This document shows, in pieces, positions 17,712 to 25,838 of a stretch of DNA of 32,000 nt (the first letter of the stretch is position 1; every line of letters starts with the position of its first letter). Where the stretch lies: the NCBI RefSeq assembly GCF_021054785.1, contig NZ_CP088239.1:1560001-1592000 (forward strand), read 5' to 3'. Under the pieces are notes generated by a model. It did not search any database and had not been told where the DNA came from. It saw only the letters and a list, made by a program, of their open reading frames with translations. The position numbers and the translations under genes were made by a program. The DNA is from Tannockella kyphosi. GTDB lineage: Bacteria; Bacillota_I; Bacilli_A; Erysipelotrichales; Coprobacillaceae.

Positions 17712-18617
17712 ATGTATTGTTGTTTATTTATCATTAATCCTAGTTCAGGACAAAATAGTTTTCAAGAAAAGCTAGATAGCCTTATTGGAAAGCTTGTCAT
17801 TGGTCAACTTGTAAATCACGTTGATACTTTCTTTACAAAAAAACACCTTGATGCTTTTGATAAAGCAATGGAGGTGGATGATAATCAATATGATTTTATT
17901 GTTGTGGTTGGTGGAGATGGTACTATTAATGAAGTGATGAGCGGGATGGCTGCAAGCAATAAAAAAACACCCCTATTATTATTAGCTGCTGGTACTGTTA
18001 ATGATTTCGCTAATTATTTACACTTACCTACCGATATCCCAAGTATTTGTCAGGTAGTCAAAGATTTCCATGTTATTCCATGTGATGTTGGTAAAGTAAA
18101 TGATAAATATTTTATGAATGTTTGTGCCGCAGGTATGTTTAGTGGAGTCTCTTTAACTGTTGGTAAGGAAGAAAAGAAATTATTAGGACCTCTAGCTTAT
18201 TATATACAAGGAATTTTGGATTTCCCAACACAAATTCAGACAAATATGCAGTTACGTATTTCTTTTGATAAAGAGGATAGTTTTGATTGTGAAGCACTAC
18301 TTTTATTAATTACGAATACAAATAGAGTGGGTGGATTTGATGCAATTGTTCCTCAAGCTAGTATTCAAGATGGTCTATTAGATGTTTTAATTGTTAAAAA
18401 GTGTAATATTGGTGAACTAGCAACTATTTATAAAGATTATTTATTAAAAAAACATGAGACTAGTCCTTATATTATTTATAAACAAGTTCAATCTGTCGAT
18501 ATAGAATGTCTTAATGAATATGGTCAAATTGATATTGATGGAGAAGATGGTGGGAAGTTCCCTATCCATATTTCTCTAAACCAAAGTCAAGTTCATTTAC
18601 TAACACCAAAACAATAA
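17712..18617 (+). CDS. Diacylglycerol/lipid kinase, DagK/YegS/BmrU family
   Basis: 301 aa. IINPSSG N-terminus and VVVGGDGTINEV catalytic-domain motif. RBS GGGGGA lies 7 nt upstream of the ATG. Confidence 0.88.
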   Translation: MYCCLFIINPSSGQNSFQEKLDSLIGKLVIGQLVNHVDTFFTKKHLDAFDKAMEVDDNQYDFIVVVGGDGTINEVMSGMAASNKKTPLLLLAAGTVNDFANYLHLPTDIPSICQVVKDFHVIPCDVGKVNDKYFMNVCAAGMFSGVSLTVGKEEKKLLGPLAYYIQGILDFPTQIQTNMQLRISFDKEDSFDCEALLLLITNTNRVGGFDAIVPQASIQDGLLDVLIVKKCNIGELATIYKDYLLKKHETSPYIIYKQVQSVDIECLNEYGQIDIDGEDGGKFPIHISLNQSQVHLLTPKQ

Positions 18618-18646
18618 AAAAAACAAATCTTAGGATTTGTTTTTTT
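18616..18646. terminator. Bidirectional terminator shared by the convergent dagK-family and pspC-like genes
   Basis: The plus strand reads AAAAAAAACAAATC-TTAG-GATTTGTTTTTTT, so the A-run and T-run give a U tail in either orientation. Confidence 0.7.
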
Positions 18647-18757
18647 AGGTATTAAAACTGCTACTATTATATAAATAATGAATCCACTTCCACCTAGCAA
18701 TAAGGTATTAAAACTGCTGCTATTATATAAATAATGAATCCACTTCCACCTAGCAAT
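18647..18757. repeat. Tandem direct duplication, two 55-bp copies with a 56-bp period
   Basis: 18647..18701 and 18703..18757 are identical at 54 of 55 positions (A/G at 18663/18719). The unit encodes the TM-helix end of the PspC-like protein. Confidence 0.9.
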
Positions 18758-18873
18758 GTTAATATAGCCCATGCTAAACGTACCATTGTTGCATCTACTT
18801 CTAAGTATTCTGCAACACCTCCACACACTCCTAATAGCTTTTTATCCGTTTGTGATTTACATAATTTTTTCAT
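18694..18873 (-). CDS. PspC-domain small membrane protein (59 aa), 3' end altered by a 56-bp tandem duplication
   Basis: Absent from the ORF track because it is under 60 aa. Hand translation gives MKKLCKSQTDKKLLGVCGGVAEYLEVDATMVRLAWAILTLLGGSGFIIYIIAAVLIPYC*. The G(V/I)CGG(I/V)AEY...DPT/ATxVRL...GxxxYI pattern is the PspC domain. RBS AAGGAG lies 7 nt upstream, and a TTGACA-17-TATAGT promoter is present. Confidence 0.75.
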   Translation of the reverse strand: MKKLCKSQTDKKLLGVCGGVAEYLEVDATMVRLAWAILTLLGGSGFIIYIIAAVLIPYC

Positions 18874-18908
18874 TGTTTGTCTCCTTGTTTTCCCGTATTA
18901 CATTTTTA

Positions 18909-18937
18909 ACTATAGATGTTTTATTTTTTGTTGTCAA
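18909..18937 (-). promoter_or_regulatory. Near-consensus sigma-A promoter of the pspC-like gene
   Basis: TTGACA, a 17-nt spacer, then TATAGT on the minus strand, located between the pgcA terminator and the pspC RBS. Confidence 0.6.
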
Positions 18938-18970
18938 GCAAAAAAGATACAGGCAATCCTGTATCTTTTT
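18938..18970 (-). terminator. Terminator after pgcA
   Basis: AAAAGAUACAGG-AUUG-CCUGUAUCUUUU then UUGC, starting 4 nt after the stop. Confidence 0.7.
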
Positions 18971-18973
18971 ATG

Positions 18974-20677
18974 TTATTCTCCAATAATTTCTAATACAGC
19001 TTTATGATATCCTTCTGTTTTTGTTGCAGCATCTTCTACATCTTTTCCAATGATAGAGAAATAGAATTTACATTTTGGTTCCGTACCACTTGGTCTAGCA
19101 GCAATCCAAGAACCATCTTCTAAGAAATATTTTAATACATTTGATTTATCAATAACTAAATCTATTTCTGTTGCACCTTCATAACGTTTTGATGTTTGAT
19201 AATCTTCACTTGCTACTACTTTCACACCATCAATACTTGTAGGTGGATTTTGACGTAAGTTTTCCATAATTTCTTTAATTCTAGCAGCTCCACTAGCACC
19301 CGCTTTACTTAATGCTATTTGTGATTCTTTGAATGTACCATGACGTTGATATAAATCATTTAAGACATCTACTAAAGTCTTTCCTTGTTTTTTATAATAA
19401 GCCCCTGCTTCAGCAGCTAACAATACTGCTTGGACAGCATCTTTATCACGAACAAATTCTTTAATTACACAACCATATGATTCTTCATATCCAAATATAA
19501 ATTGTTTTTCTTGTGTTTTTTCATATTTACGGATTTTATCTCCAATAAATTTAAATCCTGTTAGTGTTTTTTCTACTTCTACTCCATAATGGTTTGCAAC
19601 CAATTCACCTAAGTCACTAGTAACAATCGTATTATACATTACTGCATTACTAGGTAATTTTCCAGCATCTTGTAATCTACTTAAAATATATTCTAAGTAA
19701 ACTGCTGCACTTTGGTTCCCAGACATTAATACATATTCTCCATCATGTTTTGCAACCACTCCTAAACGATCCCCATCAGGATCACAAATAACAACAACAT
19801 CACCATCTACTTCTTTTGCTTTGGCTATTGCTTTATCATATGATCTTGCTTCTTCTGGATTTGGTGTTAGTGTATTTGTGTAATCTGGATCAGGTGCACA
19901 TTGGCTAAGTACTGGTATGATATCGTATCCCAAACGACCTAAAACTGTTCTAACTGGGATATTTGATGTCCCATGTTGAGGTGAGAATACTAATTTAAAA
20001 TCTGATTTATCAATATTTGGAGTGAATTCAATAGCCATTACTTCTTTATAATATGCTTCATCTACTTCTTCTCCAACCCAAGTAATGAAAGCTTCTGCTT
20101 GTTCATCACTACAAACTTCAATATTTAATTCATCTTCTACTTCATTAACAAAGTCTACTACTTGTTGTCCCCATTCTGGGATTAATTGACATCCAGTATC
20201 ATCATATACTTTATATCCATTATATTCTTTAGGATTATGACTGGCAGTAATCATGATCCCTCCGGCACATTTTAAGTAACGTACAGCATAAGATAATTCT
20301 GGAGTTGGTCTAAGACTTTCAAAAATGTAAGTCTTAATTCCATAGGTTGCTAATACTTTTGCACTTTCTAAAGCAAATCGATAAGACATATGTCGATTAT
20401 CATACCCAATAACGACACCTTTTTCTTTGCTTTCAGGAAGTGTTAATATATATTTAGCAAAGCCAACATTTGCTTTACGAATAGTATAAATATTTAAACG
20501 ATTTGTTCCAGCGCCTAAAACTCCTCTCATTCCTGCAGTACCAAACTCAACATTTGTATAAAAAGCATCTTCTTTTTGTGCTTCCTCCATTGTTGATAAT
20601 TCTAATTTTAAAGTTGCGTCCATTGTTGGACAGTCTATCCAACGTTGATATTCTGTTTTATAGTCCATAGTTCCCAC
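18974..20677 (-). CDS. pgcA: Alpha-phosphoglucomutase / phospho-sugar mutase
   Basis: 567 aa. Active-site loop TASHNPKEYNGYK, metal loop DPDGDR, GYEESYG sugar-binding loop. Confidence 0.9.
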   Translation of the reverse strand: MGTMDYKTEYQRWIDCPTMDATLKLELSTMEEAQKEDAFYTNVEFGTAGMRGVLGAGTNRLNIYTIRKANVGFAKYILTLPESKEKGVVIGYDNRHMSYRFALESAKVLATYGIKTYIFESLRPTPELSYAVRYLKCAGGIMITASHNPKEYNGYKVYDDTGCQLIPEWGQQVVDFVNEVEDELNIEVCSDEQAEAFITWVGEEVDEAYYKEVMAIEFTPNIDKSDFKLVFSPQHGTSNIPVRTVLGRLGYDIIPVLSQCAPDPDYTNTLTPNPEEARSYDKAIAKAKEVDGDVVVICDPDGDRLGVVAKHDGEYVLMSGNQSAAVYLEYILSRLQDAGKLPSNAVMYNTIVTSDLGELVANHYGVEVEKTLTGFKFIGDKIRKYEKTQEKQFIFGYEESYGCVIKEFVRDKDAVQAVLLAAEAGAYYKKQGKTLVDVLNDLYQRHGTFKESQIALSKAGASGAARIKEIMENLRQNPPTSIDGVKVVASEDYQTSKRYEGATEIDLVIDKSNVLKYFLEDGSWIAARPSGTEPKCKFYFSIIGKDVEDAATKTEGYHKAVLEIIGE

Positions 20678-20694
20678 CCTTTCTTGTTAGTTAG

Positions 20695-20703
20695 ATTATA
20701 ACA
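20695..20703 (-). promoter_or_regulatory. Extended -10 (TGtTATAAT) upstream of pgcA
   Basis: The minus strand reads ATTTGTTATAATC about 20 nt upstream of the RBS AAAGGGTGGGA. Confidence 0.45.
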
Positions 20704-20770
20704 AATTCAATTCGTTATTTCTATTTTTTTTCTAAGAAAAAGTTCGATATTTTTTGAACATCCCTCCATT

Positions 20771-20802
20771 AAAAAAAAGGTAGAATATCATTCTACCTTT
20801 TT
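20771..20802 (-). terminator. Terminator after nox
   Basis: AGGUAGAAU-GAU-AUUCUACCU followed by UUUUUUUU. Confidence 0.75.
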
Positions 20803-20804
20803 GT

Positions 20805-22145
20805 TTAGTCATTTGGTGCAGTTATTGCAGCCATTGTTATATAATTGTACGGTTGATTAAAATGAGGTAAGAAGAAAATATCTAATAATTTTAATTTATC
20901 AATAGTTACCCCTTCTTGTATTGCAAGAGAGAACATATGAATTGCCATCGAAACATCTTGGCTACTTGCTAGTTGTGCACCAACAATTCTTCTTGATTCT
21001 TTTTCAAATACAATACGAATATCTACTGGATAGTTTTCACGAATAAATCCTGCTCTTTGTAAGTCTGTATAATCAGTATATAAGACATCTAATCCTGCAG
21101 CCTGTGCTTTTGCAACAGTTAACCCTGTTGAAATTAAATTAAGACCAAAAACAGAAATAGCGTTTGAACCTTGTACACCTAATGATTCTAATGGTGTTCC
21201 TCCAATATTATGTCCTGCTACAATTCCTGAACGAACTGCATTCGTAGCTAATGCAATATAATTAATTGCCTCTATTGAATTATCTTTCACAGTAGCACAA
21301 TCACCTATTGCATAAACATCAGGATTTGATGTTTTTTGACATAAATCAACAAGATAAGCACCATTTTTAAATAGTTCTAAATGATCTTTTCCAACTAAGT
21401 TATTTGGTCTAAATCCAACAGCCCATACTACCATATCGGTTGGTATTACTTCTTTATCTGTTTTAATAGCAGTTACTTTGGTATCTCCTTCAAAACCTTT
21501 TACACATTGATTGAATTTTAAAGTAATTCCTTTTTCAACCATTTTTTCTTTCATCATATCAGTGAATTTTTGATCATAATATGTTGGTAAACAAGTATCT
21601 TGTACATCAATTAGAGTTACATTTTTACCATTTAATTGGAATGCTTCTACTAACTCTACACCAATATAGCCAGCTCCCACAACTGCTACATTTTTAATAT
21701 CTTTATCAGCTTTTAATTTTTCAATAACTTCTTTTGCATGTTGGAATAATTTTACTTTTTGAATATTCTCTAAGTGTCCATTTTCTACATCAGGAATAAT
21801 AGGTAATGATCCTGTTGCAAGAACTACTTTATCATAGCTTTCTTCATATTTAGTTCCATCAATAGAGGTAGCATAAACTATCTTTTTATCAAAATCAATA
21901 GAATCTACTCCTGTTTCCATATGTACTCTAGCACCTTTTCCCATTAATGCCTCTGGTGAAGAATAAAATAATCCATCACTTCCATCAATTTGATCACCAA
22001 TCCATAACGCCATCCCACAACCTAAAAAACTAATATTTGAATTCTTATCAAATACAACTACTTCATTTCCTTGGTGATTATCTAGGATTGTGTTAATACA
22101 TGCTGTCCCGGCATGATTTGCACCTACTACTACAATTTTTGTCAT
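20805..22145 (-). CDS. nox: NADH oxidase (H2O-forming type, CoA-disulfide-reductase family flavoprotein)
   Basis: 446 aa. [18 protein letters not shown]-binding fold, redox Cys in [10 protein letters not shown], and a second dinucleotide fold [12 protein letters not shown]. Confidence 0.88.
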   Translation of the reverse strand: MTKIVVVGANHAGTACINTILDNHQGNEVVVFDKNSNISFLGCGMALWIGDQIDGSDGLFYSSPEALMGKGARVHMETGVDSIDFDKKIVYATSIDGTKYEESYDKVVLATGSLPIIPDVENGHLENIQKVKLFQHAKEVIEKLKADKDIKNVAVVGAGYIGVELVEAFQLNGKNVTLIDVQDTCLPTYYDQKFTDMMKEKMVEKGITLKFNQCVKGFEGDTKVTAIKTDKEVIPTDMVVWAVGFRPNNLVGKDHLELFKNGAYLVDLCQKTSNPDVYAIGDCATVKDNSIEAINYIALATNAVRSGIVAGHNIGGTPLESLGVQGSNAISVFGLNLISTGLTVAKAQAAGLDVLYTDYTDLQRAGFIRENYPVDIRIVFEKESRRIVGAQLASSQDVSMAIHMFSLAIQEGVTIDKLKLLDIFFLPHFNQPYNYITMAAITAPND

Positions 22146-22179
22146 CTTTGTTTCCTCCGTAATTTATTTTTATACTTAA

Positions 22180-22207
22180 AGTATACGGATTGTGAAATTT
22201 TAATCAA
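22180..22207 (-). promoter_or_regulatory. Putative nox promoter with an overlapping Rex-like box
   Basis: On the minus strand, TTGATT, a 16-nt spacer, then TATACT. The 18-mer TTGATTAAAATTTCACAA (22207..22190) matches the Rex consensus TTGTGAAnnnnTTCACAA at 15 of 18 positions, with the right half perfect. Confidence 0.35.
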
Positions 22208-22232
22208 ATAGTATGCTTTATTTTTTATAGTT

Positions 22233-22256
22233 AAAAAAAAGCTCTTTAACAGAGCT
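22233..22256 (-). terminator. Terminator after the CobO-like gene
   Basis: AGCUCU-GUUAA-AGAGCU followed by UUUUUUUU. The stop codon lies in the loop/stem. Confidence 0.7.
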
Positions 22257-22752
22257 GATATTCTATTCCTTTACGAGCTTGGATTCCATTATCATAAGGA
22301 TGTTTTTGTTTTTTCATTTGAGTACTATAACTAGATAGTTGTTTTAATTTTTGACACGGCATTCTACCTGTCATTACCACTTCATGATGTTTTTCTAATT
22401 CTTTGACAATATCATATACTTTTCCTTCATTTAATAAATATAATTGCATTGCATCCAAAATCTCATCCAATACAATTAAATCACAATCAAAATCAATACA
22501 ATCAAATAACTGATCTTGTATTTTTGAAAATTCTTTTACCATTATTGGATCTTGCATATCAATGAATTTTTGAGGCATTTTTTGAGTAGTTAGTGACACA
22601 CCCATCTTTTTTAAAACTTCAATCTCACTACTAGTACCATCTTTTAAAAATTGTATTACTTGTACTTTTTTTCCAGCTCCAACATGACGCATTACTAACC
22701 CCATTGCTGCTGTCGTTTTCCCTTTTCCATCTCCATAATATAAATGTAACAT
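22246..22752 (-). CDS. Cob(I)yrinic acid a,c-diamide adenosyltransferase family protein (CobO/BtuR type)
   Basis: 168 aa. P-loop YYGDGKGKTTAAMG and the QFLK motif typical of the CobA/CobO/BtuR family. No other cobalamin genes are in the window. Confidence 0.75.
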   Translation of the reverse strand: MLHLYYGDGKGKTTAAMGLVMRHVGAGKKVQVIQFLKDGTSSEIEVLKKMGVSLTTQKMPQKFIDMQDPIMVKEFSKIQDQLFDCIDFDCDLIVLDEILDAMQLYLLNEGKVYDIVKELEKHHEVVMTGRMPCQKLKQLSSYSTQMKKQKHPYDNGIQARKGIEYQLC

Positions 22753-22781
22753 AATTTCATTCCTTTCAAACTATCTATCTT

Positions 22782-22811
22782 AAAATAAAAAAGCACCTCC
22801 TAAGAGATACT
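22782..22811 (-). terminator. Terminator after ptsH
   Basis: AGUAUCUC-UUAG-GAGGUGCU (8 bp including two G-U pairs) followed by UUUUUUAUUUU. Confidence 0.6.
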
Positions 22812-22821
22812 TTCTAAATTG

Positions 22822-23091
22822 TTATTCAGCAACTTTTTGTTCTTTAATAACTTTTGCAATTGAAGCGATTACTTCTTTTTCGTCATCACCTTCAGCAACA
22901 ATTTCAACTGTAGCTTTAGTAGGAACTCCTAAAGACATAACACCCATAATTGATTTTAAGTTTACTTCTTTATCATTATAAACTAATTTAATATCGCTTG
23001 TAAATTTACTAGCTTGGTTTACTAAGATTGTAGCTGGTCTTGCGTGTAATCCTACTGGATCACAAACAACAAAAGATAATTTTTCTGCCAT
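22822..23091 (-). CDS. ptsH: Phosphocarrier protein HPr
   Basis: 89 aa. His15 context VGLHARPA and Ser46 context NLKSIMGVMSLG are both present. Strong RBS AAGGAGG. Confidence 0.95.
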   Translation of the reverse strand: MAEKLSFVVCDPVGLHARPATILVNQASKFTSDIKLVYNDKEVNLKSIMGVMSLGVPTKATVEIVAEGDDEKEVIASIAKVIKEQKVAE

Positions 23092-23124
23092 TGTATGACT
23101 CCTCCTTAAATGATTTATAAACTT

Positions 23125-23133
23125 ATTATAACA
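23125..23133 (-). promoter_or_regulatory. Extended -10 (TGtTATAAT) upstream of ptsH
   Basis: The minus strand reads CAAGTGTTATAATAAG about 35 nt upstream of the ATG. Confidence 0.45.
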
Positions 23134-23221
23134 CTTGAATTGTATATTTGCTAGATTTATTTCATTTTTTTAACGCTTTCATTTTCTTATAAAAGACTCC
23201 TTCAAACGTTTTTTCCCTTCT

Positions 23222-23249
23222 ATAAAAACAAAAAGTGCCTAAGCACTTT
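23222..23249 (-). terminator. Terminator after the methyltransferase-like gene
   Basis: AAAGUGC-UUAG-GCACUUU followed by UUGUUUUUAU. The stop codon lies in the loop. Confidence 0.55.
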
Positions 23250-24288
23250 CTGGTTTTTTTGCAATAACTAAAAAATTATGTGTTGATATTTCAAAGTAAC
23301 CTTTTTCCTCTATTTCATTCAGTATTGATGTATAGAAGTTCATATAGACATCTTTCATTTCTAGCTTTGTAGCAAGTAATGAATTTACAAATTCAATCGT
23401 TTCTTTAAATGAAGAAAATCTTATTTTTCCATGATCCTCAAAAGAATCCACAATTTCAAATCCAATATCTGATAATGTTCTACTACACTCTTGACGATTC
23501 CATTCCCCCTTCATACGAAATGGTAAAATCCAACGAATAACTTCCATGAAATTATCATGTCCTAGTTGACTAACTAAAATATGTCCTCCTGGTTTTGTTA
23601 CACGATATAGTTCAAATTTATCATAATTTACATCACAAGTATAAACAACATCTAATTTATCATCTTTAAATGGTAAAGAGCCTTCTTTTGTAAGTGTTGT
23701 TACTTTTATGTTTTTATTTATTAAAGTATCTTCTGTTATTGTTTTATCCGTATCTACTACATAAGTGATTGGTGGTATCGTTGGAAACATGTTCACGGAT
23801 TTACCATGATCATTGGATAAAAAAGCTAAATGTTTATCTTCTTTAAAATAATCTTCTGTTATTCGTTGAACATGATAACTCAATAATCTAGAATGTTCCT
23901 TCTGACCAGTTTGTTCTAATTCTAAACTTATCGATTCTTTTAATAAATGCAAATTATCATATTTGTTTTTATAACGAATATGACAATATTCATAACTAGC
24001 GTACTGACTTAATCCTTCTGCAATAATCACAACTGCAATAAATCCTATTAATTCTAAAAACCAAACAGTTGATAAGATAGTTTGTGATGACGAATACAAA
24101 TAAACAAAAGCACATACTATCAGTAAGTGTCTAGGTCGTCGATAACGGAATTTTCCATCAAACTGAAGATAAAATCCTGTCGCTTGCTTTCTTTTTTCCA
24201 AAGCACGAACACTTATTTCTAAACTTAAAATTTTTGTAAAAATTAACATCCCAAACAATACTACTATTAAATATATATATTCACTCAT
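23239..24288 (-). CDS. Membrane-anchored class-I methyltransferase-like protein with a degenerate SAM-binding motif I
   Basis: 349 aa with about 3 N-terminal TM segments. The C-terminal region LPFKDDKLDVVYT...YRVTKPGGHILVSQ resembles Methyltransf_11 post-I/II motifs. The position of motif I (xLDxGxGxG) reads VVDTDKTIT. Confidence 0.45.
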   Translation of the reverse strand: MSEYIYLIVVLFGMLIFTKILSLEISVRALEKRKQATGFYLQFDGKFRYRRPRHLLIVCAFVYLYSSSQTILSTVWFLELIGFIAVVIIAEGLSQYASYEYCHIRYKNKYDNLHLLKESISLELEQTGQKEHSRLLSYHVQRITEDYFKEDKHLAFLSNDHGKSVNMFPTIPPITYVVDTDKTITEDTLINKNIKVTTLTKEGSLPFKDDKLDVVYTCDVNYDKFELYRVTKPGGHILVSQLGHDNFMEVIRWILPFRMKGEWNRQECSRTLSDIGFEIVDSFEDHGKIRFSSFKETIEFVNSLLATKLEMKDVYMNFYTSILNEIEEKGYFEISTHNFLVIAKKPESA

Positions 24289-24291
24289 AAT

Positions 24292-25740
24292 TTACCCCAC
24301 ATATAATTCTTTTCCAAGCAACGTGTAATATTCAGTACCATCTACTACAAATAATCCTTGCATATCCAATACAACATCTCCTTGAAGTTCAAACAACAAT
24401 AAGTATTCCCCACTCATATCATAAATATAAGTTCTCGCACTATTTTCAAATATCCCATATGTAATATCTCCATAAGATACAATTTGACTAGTCCCCATGA
24501 ACTCTTGAGTAATTACTTGTTGTCCCGTGCTATTTATAATAACATATCGATTCTCACTAACATACCCTTTATAATATATCCCATTTATTAACTCAATGCC
24601 CACATATTCATCACTTATTTTATTACCATCTGTATTAATTAAATAATAAGCATCTTCTTCCATTGCAACTATTGCTAAACCATTACTATCAAAAGTAGTA
24701 ACATCTATATACTTATCCTCAAAAACCTGTTCCCCATTAAAATCATAATAAACATATCCTTGGTTTCTTAAAAAGACAGGATAAATTGCATAAGCAGTAT
24801 AACTTGCTAGTGGATCTAATTGTACTCCACTTATTTCACTTTCTGTTCCCTCATATACTATTGTATGAGGACCATAAGTTACAGTAGTACTCTTTTTAAT
24901 ATAACTTTGAGCATTTAAGTAATAACTAGTAATAGAAGTTACATAAGAACCCGCATCATCATACAAAGAACTATTTCCTTCTTTCGTTACTACAATATTA
25001 TCCCCATCATCAAAACAGATACTTGTAGTAGCATCAAAATCACCTTCACTAAAATTAACAACCTCACTAAATACTACTTCTCCTAAATTAAGCAAAGCAA
25101 ATGTACTATTTATTTGATCATACACTAATGCCCCTTTATCACTAGAAACATCACATAAAACATAACTAAACGTAGTACTTTGTTCCATTAAATAACTAGT
25201 AGCATCACTAGAAACACCTAATTCATAATAATACAAATATACTTCTCCACTAACTAATACACTTGATCCACCATAGGTACTAACATTACCAATTGCTACT
25301 TCATAAGTTCCTAATGTTTTTCCACCACTATATAAAACAGTCGATACACCATCCTTTATTACAACCGGTAAATCATACAACACAATCGTAGTATCATCAC
25401 TTTCTTGATATAACAATTCCCCTGTTAAATCATAAATAGAATATCCTTCATCATAAATAATAATCATCTTATCTATTACTTCAAAATATTCATACGCATC
25501 AACCTCAATCAATTCTTCTCCCAAACTATTAAGATATCCTTTACTCTCCTCTTGGTATACAACAAAACCAGTATCATAATCTTCATAGTTAGTATAAGTC
25601 AAACCATCTACTATATCCCCATTTTCATCAACTAAAAAATATTCTTCCATTGAATTCTTTACAAAATAATAATCTTTTTCAAAAATACTGCATCCTGATA
25701 AAAGTATTAATAATAATAGTAAAATAGATATCTTTTTCAT
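24292..25740 (-). CDS. Lipoprotein with WG-repeat-like (KWG-type) beta-rich repeats
   Basis: 482 aa. Signal peptide plus lipobox LLSGC. Recurring Yxx(D/N)xxG(E/N)x(I/V) modules, such as GYLNSLGEELIEV, YYDFNGEQVFEDKY and YLINTDGNKISDEY, resemble WG repeats with W replaced by Y. Its stop lies 3 nt before the next gene's ATG. Confidence 0.45.
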   Translation of the reverse strand: MKKISILLLLLILLSGCSIFEKDYYFVKNSMEEYFLVDENGDIVDGLTYTNYEDYDTGFVVYQEESKGYLNSLGEELIEVDAYEYFEVIDKMIIIYDEGYSIYDLTGELLYQESDDTTIVLYDLPVVIKDGVSTVLYSGGKTLGTYEVAIGNVSTYGGSSVLVSGEVYLYYYELGVSSDATSYLMEQSTTFSYVLCDVSSDKGALVYDQINSTFALLNLGEVVFSEVVNFSEGDFDATTSICFDDGDNIVVTKEGNSSLYDDAGSYVTSITSYYLNAQSYIKKSTTVTYGPHTIVYEGTESEISGVQLDPLASYTAYAIYPVFLRNQGYVYYDFNGEQVFEDKYIDVTTFDSNGLAIVAMEEDAYYLINTDGNKISDEYVGIELINGIYYKGYVSENRYVIINSTGQQVITQEFMGTSQIVSYGDITYGIFENSARTYIYDMSGEYLLLFELQGDVVLDMQGLFVVDGTEYYTLLGKELYVG

Positions 25741-25766
25741 AGCGTCACTCCTTAAAAATTATTATC

Positions 25767-25775
25767 ATTATAGCA
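25767..25775 (-). promoter_or_regulatory. Extended -10 (TGcTATAAT) upstream of the lipoprotein gene
   Basis: The minus strand reads TTTGTGCTATAATGA about 27 nt upstream of the ATG at 25740 and downstream of the terminator at 25812..25838. Confidence 0.4.
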
Positions 25776-25811
25776 CAAAGAAAAATAGAACTCTATCTTT
25801 TTCTAAGTACG

Positions 25812-25838
25812 AGAAAAAACAACGTTAGACGTTGTTTT
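25812..25838 (-). terminator. Intrinsic terminator ending the orphan transcript downstream of typA
   Basis: AAAACAACG-UCUAA-CGUUGUUUU then UUCUC: a 9-bp stem plus a U-run, about 200 nt downstream of the typA terminator. Confidence 0.65.

Noticed and set aside
18647-18757. A CRISPR-like or minisatellite array.
   Set aside because: There are only two directly abutting copies with no spacers, and they lie inside a coding sequence. This is a simple tandem duplication.
18593-18826. The 77-aa ORF from the track (MWRCCRILRSR...).
   Set aside because: Its N-terminal two-thirds is an out-of-frame reading of the PspC-like gene. Only the part covering the second repeat copy is PspC-like. It has no RBS, and it starts at a GTG inside the real gene. 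It is a by-product of the 56-bp duplication.
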